Below are positions 37,190 through 51,000 of a DNA stretch of 64,000 bases, one piece after another. The stretch's first letter is position 1, and each line of letters starts with the position of its first letter. The notes beneath the pieces are model-generated. The model was not told where the DNA came from. It saw only the letters and a program-made list of their open reading frames with translations, and did no database searches. A program made the position numbers and the translations under genes. The stretch comes from Geosiphon pyriformis uo1 (taxonomy: Eukaryota; Fungi; Glomeromycota), in assembly GCA_016748015.1 (NCBI GenBank), contig JAAOMT010000703.1, forward strand, positions 62,001 through 126,000. Reading direction: 5' to 3'.

Positions 37190-39892
37190 ACTGTTTATAA
37201 TAAATTGAATCAAAATAAGATATTTTTGTTTCTATTATGGAGAATTTTTTACAATTCTTTGTTCTATAAAGTTAAAAAGCATAATAGTTTATATAGCTAC
37301 AAATTAAATTCAAAATTTTTCACACAAATTAGCAAACAGAATTCCAAAAATAGCATGACATTTTTTCTGACAGCAAAAACTTTTGTGAATGACAAAATTT
37401 GAATTAAAAATAGCATGAATACTATTTAGTATATTTTAAATATGGCTAATAAATTTTTTCAAATTAATAACATTTTAATTAATAAAGATAAGACAGTTAT
37501 CATACTTATTAATTAAAGAGTGAAAGTTCTCTGTTTAGTAATAAGTAGATCAAATATTTTAATAGTTAAAAAGGATAAATTACATAAATACTTAAATATT
37601 TTTTTGTTCACAAATAGTTTTTTCAAACCAAGTATTATTAAAATTTATTTGAATATTAAGTTTTTTATAAATCTGGTTTTAAAAAAAACCATGTTTAATA
37701 AGCAGTTTTTGTATCTGGTGTTTGCTGTTTTATAACTAATAGTTAAATACAAATTACAATTTAATTATGTTTTAACAAACATATACAAAAAGTAGAACAG
37801 ATTATTAAAAAAAGAGCTCAGATTCAAAGCCAATTTACTTAAAAACTTTTTTAATAAAATTATTGTCCATCCTAAATTGTATGATCTAAAATTATTTAAA
37901 CAATTAGAAACTAAAAATTCTTTAACAAATTTGGTAATTTTTGCTAATTTGAAAGATATTCTTAACAGATTATTCAAATACAGAGCTATGAATTTGCAGG
38001 TTATTAGTTAGATGTCTTAACAATTTTTTTGTTTTTTGGTTACATTATTAATTAATCTTATAAACTGCTTTTTAGCCAATATAACCAATACTTTTATATT
38101 GTGTGAATTATTATTGTATAATAATCTGTTTAATGTGTTTTAGATTAGTAGTAATGTTATTATTACAAATATTTTGGGCTTAAAACAATATTTGAGTATA
38201 GTAAATTTACTAAAAAAATTTGGTATTATTTTTGCAAACCAGCTTTTGAATTGTTGTAATATGTGTTTTATGTAAAATATATTTCATAAGTAAAAAAAAC
38301 TAAATTTTAAGAATTCAGTTTCTAATTGGTTCAATTCACTAATTAGATTTATTGAAAGTAGTGATCTAAATAATAATAGTGCTTTGGCTTCTTATTCTAC
38401 TTTTGTTTGATGCTTGAATGAATTTGGTTCTGTTTGTAAGCATTTTTTAAAAAATAGTTTTAATAGTATAATTGTATATATAGATAGTTTAATTAAGAAT
38501 TTAGAGTCTGTGGATGCTCATAATAATATTGTTACTTATTTTTTAGATATTGACATAAGTATAGAATTAAAGTGAATAGTTTATTCTCTTTGATCTTAGT
38601 AGAACTACAAGTTATTACTCTTGTTTTAAAATGTGTTCTAGTATTTAACTCAGTTGTGTTGTTTATAAATAATTAGTTGTTATTGAATATGAATGTTTTA
38701 ATTAGAAAAAATATTAGTTTTGATTTTTGTAATATATACTGAATAAAAAGAAAATATATTTATTATATTTTTATGTTTAAAAATTTATTAGTTAATTAAA
38801 ACAAAGTCCAAAATTGTTGGCAATAAACATGCTAATTTTTTTGCTAATGCTGCCACTATGTCTGATTTTATGCTATTTGTTAGAGTGTTTTGCTATTTTT
38901 TTGCTATTAAAGACAAACTTGTCTTTAAAAATATCTGTTATTTTGTTAAGTATCTTTTTAAAACAGTTAGTTTTGTTGGTTGGAATTCTAAATGTGTTGA
39001 TGATATTATAAACAAGTTTTTATGTAACTTGATTAATATACATAGAATATTTAATGTATAATATTCTGATAATTAAGTTTATTTAGATTTTATTAGCTCA
39101 GTCTTTATAATACTTTAATTTTACTTTATAAAAGCTCTACACTGCCAGTTGTTTATAGCCAAAAGAAAAAAATTATATAATTCAAGTTATTTTAGTGTGT
39201 TATATATTTAATGTGAGTTAATTAAAAACTCTAATTATATGTTTTCTTACATCAATAATAACTGTGCTAGGCTGGATCTAATTTTAAAAACTATTAAAAT
39301 GTGAACTGGTTTGCTAAATACCTATGCTACTAATAATATGATAATTTGGTCTCTGCATAAGACTGAATCTTCTAATTATTTATATATGTTATTGGCTAAA
39401 AACTTTGTAATAAGAAAGTAAATAGTGAATACAGTATACTTATTGAATGGCAAATCTAATAGTGTGTTATTGGTCATTGATTTGGTTTGGAGTTTTGCTA
39501 AAAATCACAGATCTACTATGTGATTGTTAACTGTCAAACTGAAGGTGCATTATAAAAAGCATGATTTTCTGTCATATAATAGATCCATAATTCTAGCTGT
39601 ATCTGGCTTGGAACCTGTATGGTTTTTTAAAATAATTCATGATTTTTGGTTTTAGGTTGGGTGTTCATGTTTGTTTTGGTTTATATTCTTGTCTATTTAG
39701 TATACGTTTTGGTTTTTTGCATAACTTCCCTGTTGTAAGTAGTTTAGGTGCATAATGCTGTCTTAATTGGCCTAAGTAGCTGGTTATATGTAGAAAGAGC
39801 ATGAGCCACACTTAATATAGGATCTTGTATGGTTTTATAATTTTAGGTAGTGGTTGGGCTGCACTTGTAAAACAATTAATAAAAAAATAAAA
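37190..39892 (+). mobile_element. 5'-truncated LINE, copy F, strongly decayed
   Basis: NQNKIFLFLLWRIFYNSL (DQGEVFSPLLWRIFYDPL), KTFVNDKI (AFVDDTI), VYIDSLI; 3' element 39754-39865 and A tail. 5' end approximate. Confidence 0.85.
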
Positions 39893-40604
39893 ATTTAACA
39901 AAAATTTTATTTTGTCTGATTATTACCCAAATTTGTGAACAAAAATTAATTTGTAGCCAAATATTAATTAAAATCAATAATTAAATCTTGAATTTATTCA
40001 TTTAATTGTTAATTAATGACAATTTTTTGTAAATCGTTGTATTTATACAAATTTCTTAAATTTTGTGTTAAAACGTAATATTTAATTTTTAAATATTGAT
40101 AATATGCAATTCTTAAAATTTTAAATTATATTGATTTTAAATTAGTTTTACATTTTGTTTAGCTTATAAACAATAAAGCTCAACAATCAATTTCTTATCG
40201 AAACTTCGGATCAAACCTCCCTATTTTCATTCACTTAAACATAAGGATGTTATTCAACCAACCAAATTTAGATTTTGATTGCCATTCAAAAATTGAAAAA
40301 GATTCATAATCACGGACATCATTTACAAAAAAAGGAATTTGAATGGGCGGGACATATATTTGGAATCTCCGTTAGAAAATTTCTAAATAAAAATATTGTT
40401 TTTCATTATCTTTGAATCTGAATGATAAGTTTGGCATGCGTTTGTTTTATTTAGCAATATGTGGTGAATTTTAAGAAACTAGGCTGAGCACCTATCAAAA
40501 AACCTTAATTGAGTATTAATTAATCTTGTTTGTTTTGCCAAAGATGATGAATGATGGCTGATGTGAAAACTATGAGAACATATTTTATTGCAACACTTGT
40601 ATAA

Positions 40605-40612
40605 TATATAAA
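40605..40612 (+). promoter_or_regulatory. Candidate TATA box (TATATAAA) of the host gene
   Basis: ~105 bp upstream of the ATG at 40716; a GGGCGGG also lies at 40345-40351. AT-rich background weakens the call. Confidence 0.4.
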
Positions 40613-40715
40613 GGGGAGGTTCTTCATAAATTTCTTGAGAGGAAAAAATATCTTTCTCAATATATTAAACATTAGGAATATTTACCCGTTATTTCAATAG
40701 CAAAATAATAATAAA

Positions 40716-42011
40716 ATGGTCGCCTTAAAGGGTGTTATAGCTGTCGCAGTGTCTCTAGTCGCTTTAATTATCTTGATATTGACCTTTCCTAAATCCAATG
40801 GTAAAGCTTTTCCGGAGCAAGAACCTTCGTTAACTACTGGATTTCCAACTTGGCATTCAAAATTAAAAAGTATGCTTGCAAATAATAGAATTTAGATATT
40901 TTTATTTGGAATAATTATTGAAACTAATATTAAGAAATTTACCTAATATCTATCCAAAATCTCAGATTTCAACTTTGAAAAGAAATATGCCGCTATTGGC
41001 TTCGCATTTACCTTTGAATCATTAGGTGGTATCCTGGCTATTAAATGGGCATACAACAAAAAACAACCTCGACAAGTGATTTCCTACTTTTACAACGGCG
41101 TTACAGCGACGATAACAACTTCAGTATTCAACCATCTTATTGCGCTCTACACCATATTCACTGCATTGGCCGGACTTGCCACTTTGTTGTTCGACATCGG
41201 CAAATTGTGGGAGACTTTTGGCGTCTTTCATAATCTTTGGGAAGTGGCAGTCTTGCTATTACTTCAGCAAGGAGGCAAAATCAACAATATTTCAAGATAC
41301 ATTCTCACTCTTGGAATCTATATTTTTTCCGTGCACTTCATAGTTGTATTTCTGAATTGGCCTTTAGATGCAACCTTCTTCAAATTTCAAGGTAAAAATA
41401 TATATGGCTTCTTGAATTATTTCATTAAATAAAGAATTCTTGATTCACTTTTTACGTCTTCAATACAGGTCTCATATTCGATTTTGCCCTAGCGATAGTC
41501 TTCCCGATTATTTATATTAGCACAAGGAAACATGTGAGAGAAGAAGCAGAGACTCACATTCCCTTGGACAACCAAAATGATCCGCAAGAACATCAGGAAG
41601 ACGAACTAAAGCCCTATATAATTGATCATCCTAAACAACTTCTTTTATTAGTGGTTGCTTCATTAGTTCATGTGTTTGGTAATTTGGCTAACACTGCTTT
41701 TGCCAGTAGTGCTACTGCGTAAGTGAAGAAACTTTTCTTTTTCTAATTTTACTTTCATATAGATATCAAATAGCTTAATATTTAATTTTTTCAATAGTGA
41801 TATCATATTCCACGCGAGCTATGCCATTAGTTTTTCATTATATCCACTCTATGTCTTCTTGGATACACATGGCGCCAGTGTTCTTCCCCATAAACGAATC
41901 TATCTTCCAGAACCTCCAGTCTGGAAAATTGCCCTCATTTTTATTTGGTCTACTTTCCTATCATTATCCACCATTAGATTTTTGGTCGCTGCTCCGGAAG
42001 AAAGGGCCTAA
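40716..42011 (+). CDS. Uncharacterised polytopic membrane protein, 347 aa, exons 40716-40869, 40966-41391, 41469-41718, 41798-42011
   Basis: Three GT-AG introns (gtatgc..ctcag, gtaaaa..tacag, gtaagt..aatag) give an uninterrupted 1044-nt frame MVALKGVIAVAVSL...VAAPEERA*. About 8-9 hydrophobic segments; no premature stops; CpGs retained. Confidence 0.88.
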
Positions 42012-42849
42012 TCAAATTCCAGATCAAATGTTTTTAACACTATTTTTGCTTATACTAAGTTCATAAACCAATCATTCCATTTTTGCTTTCTGCTTTCTGC
42101 TTTCTTTATTGTTTATGATCAGCAATTAAAAATAATAAGTCATCTCAAAATCTTTAAAAAATACACTATTAGTGCGAAATTTTTGTTTTACGTGATAAAA
42201 TTAAGTTTCTTACAGGATTAATAATTTAATATATTTAAAAAAAAAACAATAAAGTATAACATAAAAAAACCAAAATATCATAGCACTTTGCTACAAAAAT
42301 TTAATGAATTACCTTAAAACAAGCAATTTTTGCACTTGATCTTTTTATTAAAATAATTTTTTTGTAATAAAAAATAATCATAAATATTGTGAATCAAATG
42401 AAATTGTGAAACTTTCTTTAATTTTAATCAAACAAAATTAAAATTAACAATTTAGTAAAAGTAATTAAAATTTTAGTTTTAATAATAATAAAAATTATAT
42501 AAATTATCAATAAATCATAAATAATCAAATTGTGTTTAATTAAAAAAAACCTAATTAAAATCAAACTGCAAATATAACAAACATTATATATTTATGTAGA
42601 TTTTTATTAAATTGATTATATATTTGTTTTTGTTAATTTAATTATGCATTTGTTTTTTAAATAAAATATAAATATAAAAACTTTTTTTCCTTTTTATTTT
42701 TATGATTGCGCCCAAACTAAAAAGTAACACAGTTGCAATTCTTATTTTTAATATTATTTTACCAATTTTAATATTTAAAAAACTCTTTTTAAAGTAAAAA
42801 TCAAAACAACAAAAAAGCAATTTTTTTTAAAAACAACTAACTTCTTTAA

Positions 42850-45000
42850 AATAGTGAAAAAATATTATTTTTTTAAGTATTTTTTAAAGCACTATTTTTA
42901 TTTTAAAACCAGTTTTTTTTTATAAAAAATATAGTATTTGTATTAATTTTATAATATAATATTTAAAAAAACTACAAAAATTAAATTAAATTATATTAAA
43001 ATTATATTTTAGTTTTTACTTGGTTGTCTTGAATTAAAATTAGTTGCTAAAAACAATGTTTGGTTTTTTTGTATAAAATTTATATTTTAGACTTTATTAA
43101 ATATTATTATATAAATTAAGCCTAATAATTTTTTTTTATTACTTTTAAAATTGTAAAAAATTTTATAATATTTGTTTTGCTCTTGTTTTTACTATTGTAT
43201 TTTTGTATAATATTTTTTTAAACATTTTTTTTAACAAAATTAAAAATGTTTTGGTAGAATAATAAATATTAAATTAAAATTTATTGGCTTATAATAATAT
43301 TTTGTTGTATATTTTAAGTTTTTTAAAGCTGTTTTTGCTTTTTAATTAGTTTTAATAATAATAATAAATATTTGAATTTTTGTTAATTAAAAAAAGTTAT
43401 AACTTTTTAAAACCAAATTAATTAATTTTTTTAATTATATATTTTTAAATTAGTAACTAAGTTTGTTTTATTTTAGTTTTCTAATATTAATTATTATTAT
43501 TAATTTATTATTGTTATTTTTAAATTTAAAAAAAACTTTTAATAATATAATTATTAAAATTATATCTGATAAAAAACTTTTAAATATTATTATTATTATT
43601 AGTACCAAAATTTAAATTATTTAATTTTTGTTTGTAAAATCTAATTTATTGCTTTTTTCAACAGTTTTTAAGTTTTTTGTTGTATTTAAAATTTGTTGAT
43701 TATTTTACTAATTCTGTGTTTTATAGTAAAGTTATTGTTTTTTTAATAATATTTTATCTTAATTTTTTTTATTAATTTTACTAATAAAATATTTAAATTT
43801 AAATTATAATATTTATTTTAATTGAATTTATAATAATAAAAATAAATTTTCTGGTAAATTGAATACTTTTTTTAATTTTATTATTGATATCAATAAAAAT
43901 TAAATTATTAATTAACATAAAATTATTTTTATAATTCTTATTATTAATTAATATATATTACTTATTATTTAATTAAATTGTTAAATATTACTATTTAATT
44001 AATACAATTATTGCTAAATATATTAATTAGATTATGCAATATTTAGAATTATATAATATTTAAAAATTTGTTAAAATATTTAATAGTTTATTAAAATATG
44101 TAATATTTCATAAAAATAATTTGTAATTTGTTAAAATATACTTTTAATTTACCAAAATATTAGCAAAAAAAAATTAAATTATAGAATAATATTATAACAA
44201 ATTATATAAAAAAAAAGCTTCTTGAAAAAATATATTTTAGCTTAAAATAATTAATTAATTATAACAAAACAATCAAATAAAAATTTTTTTAAAAACAAAA
44301 TTTTTTTTATAATTATTAATGTTTAAAATTTACAAATTTTAATTAATATAATAAAATTGTTTAATTACCAATTTCAATATTTATTTATTAATTTTAAATC
44401 TAAATAGAAGATATTTTTTTTTATATTTTAATTTCTTTTGATTTTTTTTTTTTATATTATTAAATAACTTAAAGATAAAAATTTTTATAAAAAAATTAAC
44501 TTTTTTTGTAAAATAAACATACAGAGTAATTAATACAAAATTGGCTATTTTATTATATATTTAACAATATAAATAATTCAAAGTATAAAGAAATACTTTG
44601 GAAATAAATTAGTTTATTAAAGATTTACCAGCTTTTATTAATGATAAATTAATAATAAAATAATATTTACAATATTAAAAAAGATTAAAACTTTTAGTAA
44701 TATTGTAAATATTAATAAAATTTTTTTTAAAATTAAATTAAATATATTGTTAACTTAATTATTATTATACTTAAAAGTTTTAACCAATTCAAAAAAAAAA
44801 GTTTTTTTTTTTAATATAAATAATTTTAACAATTATAATTTAATTATTATTAATTATAAAAAATATATAATATGTATTTTATAATAAAAAATAAATTGAG
44901 TTTAATAAAAATATTATTAAAAAACTTATTTGTATTTATTCATTAAATAAAACTGTTATTTATTAGTTAAATTCTTTAAAAAAAAATTTTTTATTAAAAT
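42850..45000 (-). mobile_element. Heavily decayed Gypsy gag-region remnant containing a solo LTR
   Basis: Weak by-eye similarity: KTITLL*NTELV (~43720) to EAVILAHNFES; W...L...F*KKFY*Y (~44710-44790) to WYQSL...FKFTFLQYF. Ends approximate. Confidence 0.35.
43885..44702 (+). repeat. Solo LTR, second family (opposite orientation)
   Basis: Reverse complement of 10176-10962/15801-16758; termini tgatatca...tagtaata; flanks TTAT/TTGT (4-bp TSD with one transition). Confidence 0.65.
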
Positions 45001-46099
45001 TATTTATGTTATTACTAATTAATTATAATTACCAAAAAAAAATTTTTATAATATTTGGTAAATCTTACAAAAAAAAATCAAAAAAAATAATAGTAAACAA
45101 TAATTTATTGTTAAAAAAAAACAAAAATAGTTATAAAAATTTCTTATTTTATTGTTTTTAAATTTTATTATATCTTTTATTTACAATATTAAAGTAATTT
45201 TAAATTACCAAAAGAGTATTATTTAGTTAAATCTGTTTTTATATATTATATAAAAAAACGAATTATATAATATAAAACTTAGATTATATAAAAAATTATC
45301 ACAATATACTACAAAAAAAATAATAATATTAGTCATAACTATTGTAAAAATTCATCACAAAATCGAGCAATATATTAATAAAAATTATTTAATATTTATA
45401 AAAAACATTAAAAAATACATTAATAAAATTAAAAAAAATCAGAAATTAATTGTATAAAAAATTTAGCAAAAATAAAAACACTTACTTAAATACCAAAAAA
45501 AATTAATAAAAAAGCAATGTATTTATTTATTAAAAGACAAATTATACTATTTTTTACCAAAAAATAAGAAATAAATCTTATTAAAAACTATATTATTATT
45601 TATATTAACTCTATAAATGCCAAAAACTCTTAATTATATTTAAAAGTTTAAACAATATAGAAAAATATATTAATTACAAAAAAATATTTGTTATTATTTT
45701 AAAAACTTTTTTTTAACTAAAATTTAAAGTGAGTTTTAAAAATTGTAAAAAAGAGTTTAAATTAAAAGCTAAAAAAAACTTATTGAAAAATTAAAAATAA
45801 ACCAGTCTAAAAAGTTATAAAACCAATTATTAGAACAAATAATTAGTTTAAAATCTAAGAAATTTATAATTAAAAAAAATCTGAATATAAAAAAAATTAT
45901 ATTAAAAATATTTAAAAAATATATTTTTACTTTTTTTAGACTTGTAATTTTACTATTAAAAAAATTTAATCTTAAAATAATTATACTGTATATTACAAAA
46001 CTAAAAAAATTTTTTTAATAAAAAACAATATAAATATATATATAATTTAAAAAAACAAAAAAAGCTATTTAAGTAAATAACTAAACCAACAAAAAATAA

Positions 46100-47920
46100 T
46101 TCAAATATTAATATTTTTTTAAAAAATATTATTATTTATGATATTAAAGTTTTAAAAAAAAATCTACAAATTTTAACATTTTTAAAAACATAATATTAGC
46201 ATATTTTTGTAATTTAAATGCTATAATGTAACTTAAAATAAATTTAATAAAATATAATAGAAATACAAAATAAAAACATATATCTATTATTATTATAAAT
46301 ATGTAAAATATTTAATTATTAATATTAAACATATATAATTATTATATATTATTAAATATTTAAAAATTAATAAGTTAATATTTAATTATATATTAAAATT
46401 AAAAAGCTTATTATTAATAATTAATAATAACAAATTCAAACTAGTATTTGGAATTTTAAAATTAGCAAACATTAAACCAAAATACTATAATTTTAAAAAA
46501 CTTTAATCACATAAAATTCAATTAACAACTCACTTTAAACTACTAAAACTTTTTATTAATTTATTTAATATTTTAAAAATTCAAATTTTAAAAATAATAA
46601 CAATAAAAATATAATTAAAATCAAAAATTTTTTTAATAACCAAAATTTGAACCAAATAATACTATTAACAATTATTTTAAAAAAATAAAGTTATATTTAA
46701 AAAAACAATATTAAATAAAAATTATTTAATTATTATTATGTATGCAAAAACAAAATAAATAATATTTTAATCAAATTTATTTTAAATATATTTACTAAAA
46801 TTATTGTATTTGCAAAAATATTAATAATAGATATTACATAATAACTGACTAATAAAAACAAATACCATATTAAATTAAATTATTCAAAAACTTTTTATTA
46901 ATTATAATAGTTATTATGTCTAAATTTTAGTCTTTATAAATATTTTTAAAAACTTAATATTAATTAAAAATCTGTTTTTAAATACAAAAAAATCTAGTTT
47001 TTATAAGTTAACAATAAAAAACAAATCTATTATTTATATTAATTTGAATAAACAAAAAATAATAATAATAACTATATATAATATATTAAATAAAAATATA
47101 AAAAGTTTAATCTACTATTATTGTAATTATTGCATTAAAAAAAATATAATTATCTAAAAAACATAATAAATAGTACAAAAAACTATTATCAAAAAAATAT
47201 AATTGAATTAACATATTAAATAAAAAAAAATATTAATATAACTTACAAATATATAATTTTTATTTATAATTGTATAAAAAAAACACTATTTAAAACAATA
47301 TTTAATAGAATATTAAGAAAATTATAACATAATAAAAATAAGTTTTATAATACAATATAAATTAAAATAAAAAAAAACTGTTAAAATAATATAATAATAA
47401 AAAATATTTATTAAAATAGTTAATAAAGTTATTAACTATAACATATTTGATTTATTAAAAAATTTCAAAAAAATTACCAACAAATATTTTATTTATTAAG
47501 AATAAAAATAATATTTTATTTAAATTAATATTTATTTTTGCAAAAATTATATAATTAATATTGTAAAAAATATTAATACTAAACAAATTTTAAAATTTTT
47601 TTTAAAAATTAATAATATTAAAATTAAGTAATAAATTAATAAAACTTATTTAACAGTTTTGAATCAAAAAACTTTTTAATCTATACTAATTTAAAACAGA
47701 AAATTAATATCTAATACTTTAAAAATAAGTTGTTAAAAATATTTAAAAAATATTATTTAACTAATATCAAGTTTAATTTATAATATTTAAAAAACCAATT
47801 TATAATATTATTATTTAAAAATATTATTAAAATTAACTTAAAAATAATAGTTAAAATTCTATTAAAAATAATAATTTAAATAATATAATAATTAAGTTTT
47901 ACAAAAAAAAAAATAAATAT
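46100..47920 (+). mobile_element. Heavily decayed Gypsy gag/protease remnant ending in a purine tract
   Basis: ~46735-46895 reads IIMYAK..NNILIKFILN / VFAKILIIDIT** / D*LIKTNTILN*IIQKL, cf. ITALYTDAKVGGIDIKLILDS / IPTKVLVMEATQYQ / DWLSKANTTFDWNTQEL. A-run just before the LTR at 47921. Start approximate. Confidence 0.55.
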
Positions 47921-48040
47921 TGTTACTAATTAAAATTTAAGTTATTAATTAACATAAAATTATTTTTATAAATTTTATTATTAAATTAGTATATATTATT
48001 ATTTTAAATTATTATTTATTATTTTATCAAATTATTAAAT
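47921..48040 (+). repeat. Start of an LTR (second family), cut by LINE copy G
   Basis: tgttactaattaaaatttaagttattaattaacataaaattatttttata matches 43885-43935. Confidence 0.6.
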
Positions 48041-51000
48041 TTTTTTTAATTAAATTTATTAAATAAAGCTTAATTACTATCTAGTAAATAGAACCAAACT
48101 AAGTAACTTAAACTAAATATAACTCATGCACTTATTACATGTGACTAGTCAGTCAAGTCAGACAAGACAACACTACATACTTATATTAATATATATGTTA
48201 TAATCTAAATCAGAAAAAAAAAGGACATAGTCTGTAATAGTCAAAACTAACAGCAAAAGACTTGATAACACCAAGTATTTTAACTATACTATCTGACAGC
48301 CTAAACATTAAACTACATAACAAACCAAATATCAAACTACTATTTCCAACTAAACCAGCCTTTTCCAAATTAATCTTATACTTAAACCTAAATAGTCAGA
48401 CCATAGAATGATATAACTCTATTAAAACTCTAACAAAATTAACAACAACAGAGATAGTTTCTTTTCTCTTATTAAAAATTCCAATAGTTTCTATACACTA
48501 ATTTTTTAGTACAAACTCCTTGTATACAATTGTATATATGCCAATATTCAAAAAATAATAAGAAAATATCTTCAAAATGACAGAAGAAAATGTATCATAA
48601 GCATCTGTTAAAACAGTTTATTGTATAAAAACTTCAGCCAAAATTTTTTCCCAAACACCAGCATTTTGAACACAAGTGAAAACATGATCTAACAACTCTA
48701 TCTTATTACACAACAAATACAGCACACCAAAATATTTTTTATTATACAACTTCTTTCTAACTACTACTGGCAACTATCTGTGTACTGCTTTTATTAAGTA
48801 TATACAAAAATTAGAAGACTTTTGATTAATAAAACCAGCAAGCATGTGTGAATCAGGATGCCAAATTCTTGCAATAGTATTCCAATTTATATCTTTAATC
48901 CGTATATCTAGAACTATATTATGGCTAGAGCCAGCTGCCCAATAAGCATGACAAACAAATCTAAATAAATTTCTAACAAAATAAGAGGCATTGTTAGATA
49001 TAAGAGTGTTTTCAGTTATCAAAAAATATTCCTGTACTTCCATTAGCAAAAAAAAAAGAGTAAGCAGTCTTACTAGCTACAGTATTAGTTTTCATATTAT
49101 TATAATCTTCAGAATGAGTCTTAACCTTAATCCAACTTATAGTAAGATTTTTATTTCTAATCAAATTAGCAATATGTTTTTTTTCCAATCAGCATTGATT
49201 ACAAAAATCCAGTACAGCAAATAACATCTCAGATATATATACATTAATAGCAGCTTGGCTATTAAAATACAAAACCACTACACAAGAAGATAAGACACAT
49301 TCTAAAAACAAAGCAATAGCCTGCAATTTGGCCATAGTGGAAGACAAAAAACCATGAACTCCAATGTTAATACTTATATTCAAAACAAAAAAATACACAG
49401 CTGTCCTATTAATAACACCAGTAAAACCAGTATTTTTAACAAACTATCTGTATAAATCTCAAAAAGACCAGACCAAATTTCATGTAAATCATTTTACACA
49501 TCAAAAAACTTTTTTGACTTTAAAATTTTTAAACCAAATAACCAAATAGTCACAGCAGAGTTATACAACAAAGAATTCTTATTATGCAAGTATTTTGATA
49601 TAAGCTCAAACCAATAAGACACAGAACCTCTAAGATCTAGTCTCTTCTATTAATAAAAAAATTTTTAATCTATCACATTGCTTTTTTTATTAAAAAGCTT
49701 ATCATTAAAAACAACTTTAAAACACTTTAAAAAATAAACAAAACTGAGAAACACAGCCTTTCTCAAAATCAATAACATTGAAAAGTGACCAGGATTATGA
49801 AAAGCATTGAATAGATTGTTCATTAAAAACAGCTCATTATTCATAAAAATTCTTACTATCTTAGCTAAAAAATTGTTTACCAGATTAACAAATAACTTGA
49901 CAGAATACTGAAAAGAGTTTAAAAAAATCTAATCCAAAACCTGCAAATCTAAAAATCTGTGATTAAATAAATGTTCAAAGATGTTAGGAGCATTAGAGAA
50001 GACAACTAAGACAGCCATTTTTTCCTCAGACTGGACTTGCTCAAATAACTTTAACTATATAATACAAGGCTTCATTAAAAAAATCCCAAGACAAACAAAA
50101 TTTAGACCTAAGATTTTTTTTAATCATAACATTCCACTTGTAACACACACTTAATAAAACAAAACTAAATTGTGTTTTATAACTAACTATGGACTATAAA
50201 ATATTTAATACTAAATACAAGAATTGTTTATCCATAATAGTCTTTTTGAACATTATATTAATAAAAAAATAAACATTAGAATAAGTCTTAGACACATTCA
50301 GCTTGAACAATCTTTTAGTTGACAAAAAAATCTTCAGATATTTATGTATTTTGCCTTTTTTGGCAATTGAAATTAACTGATCACTAATACACAAAAAAGC
50401 AATCTTAACATCCTAATTGATTAGAATAACTATTGTTTTCTCATTGTTAATTAAAATGTTGTTAATTATAAAAAATTTAATAACAATATTTAAAACATAC
50501 TAAGTAAAAGCTTAACAATCTTTAATCCAAATTGTGTTATCAACAAATGTACTAACTATAAAAAAAGAGGACATTCTATTACTATTTTTAATTTTGCCAT
50601 ATTTTATCATATTTTGCCACAAACTTAGTATTGATCTGGTATTTGCACAAATGTTTATGCTTTTTAACTTTGCATAAAAGTGAATCATAAAAAATCCTCC
50701 AAAAAAAAGTAAAAAGATTTCACCTTAATTTAAATCATTATGTACTCTTTAGCCACTTAAAAAACCAAAATCAGTTATTACTCTATTAACTCTGTTTTTA
50801 TGTATATTGCCAAAAAATTTGATAAACCTGTCACATATTTTAATCTATTATAAGTTAGTCTTTAGGTAATGCCAACTAACTGAGTTATATGCTTTGCATA
50901 TATTCTACAAAATCAACCAAAGTTCCTTATTCTTTTTAAGAGCATTCTCAACTACTGGTTTAACAATAAACACAAGAAACTAAGTGAACATATCTTTTAA

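Noticed and set aside
41797-42066. Track ORF 41797-42066 as a separate gene
   Set aside because: Out-of-frame overlap with exon 4 of the spliced membrane-protein gene.
43885-48040. 43885-44702 and 47921 as the paired LTRs of one element
   Set aside because: The first copy has its own TSD-like flanks (TTAT/TTGT), no PBS follows it, and it appears to sit in a minus-strand gag relic.
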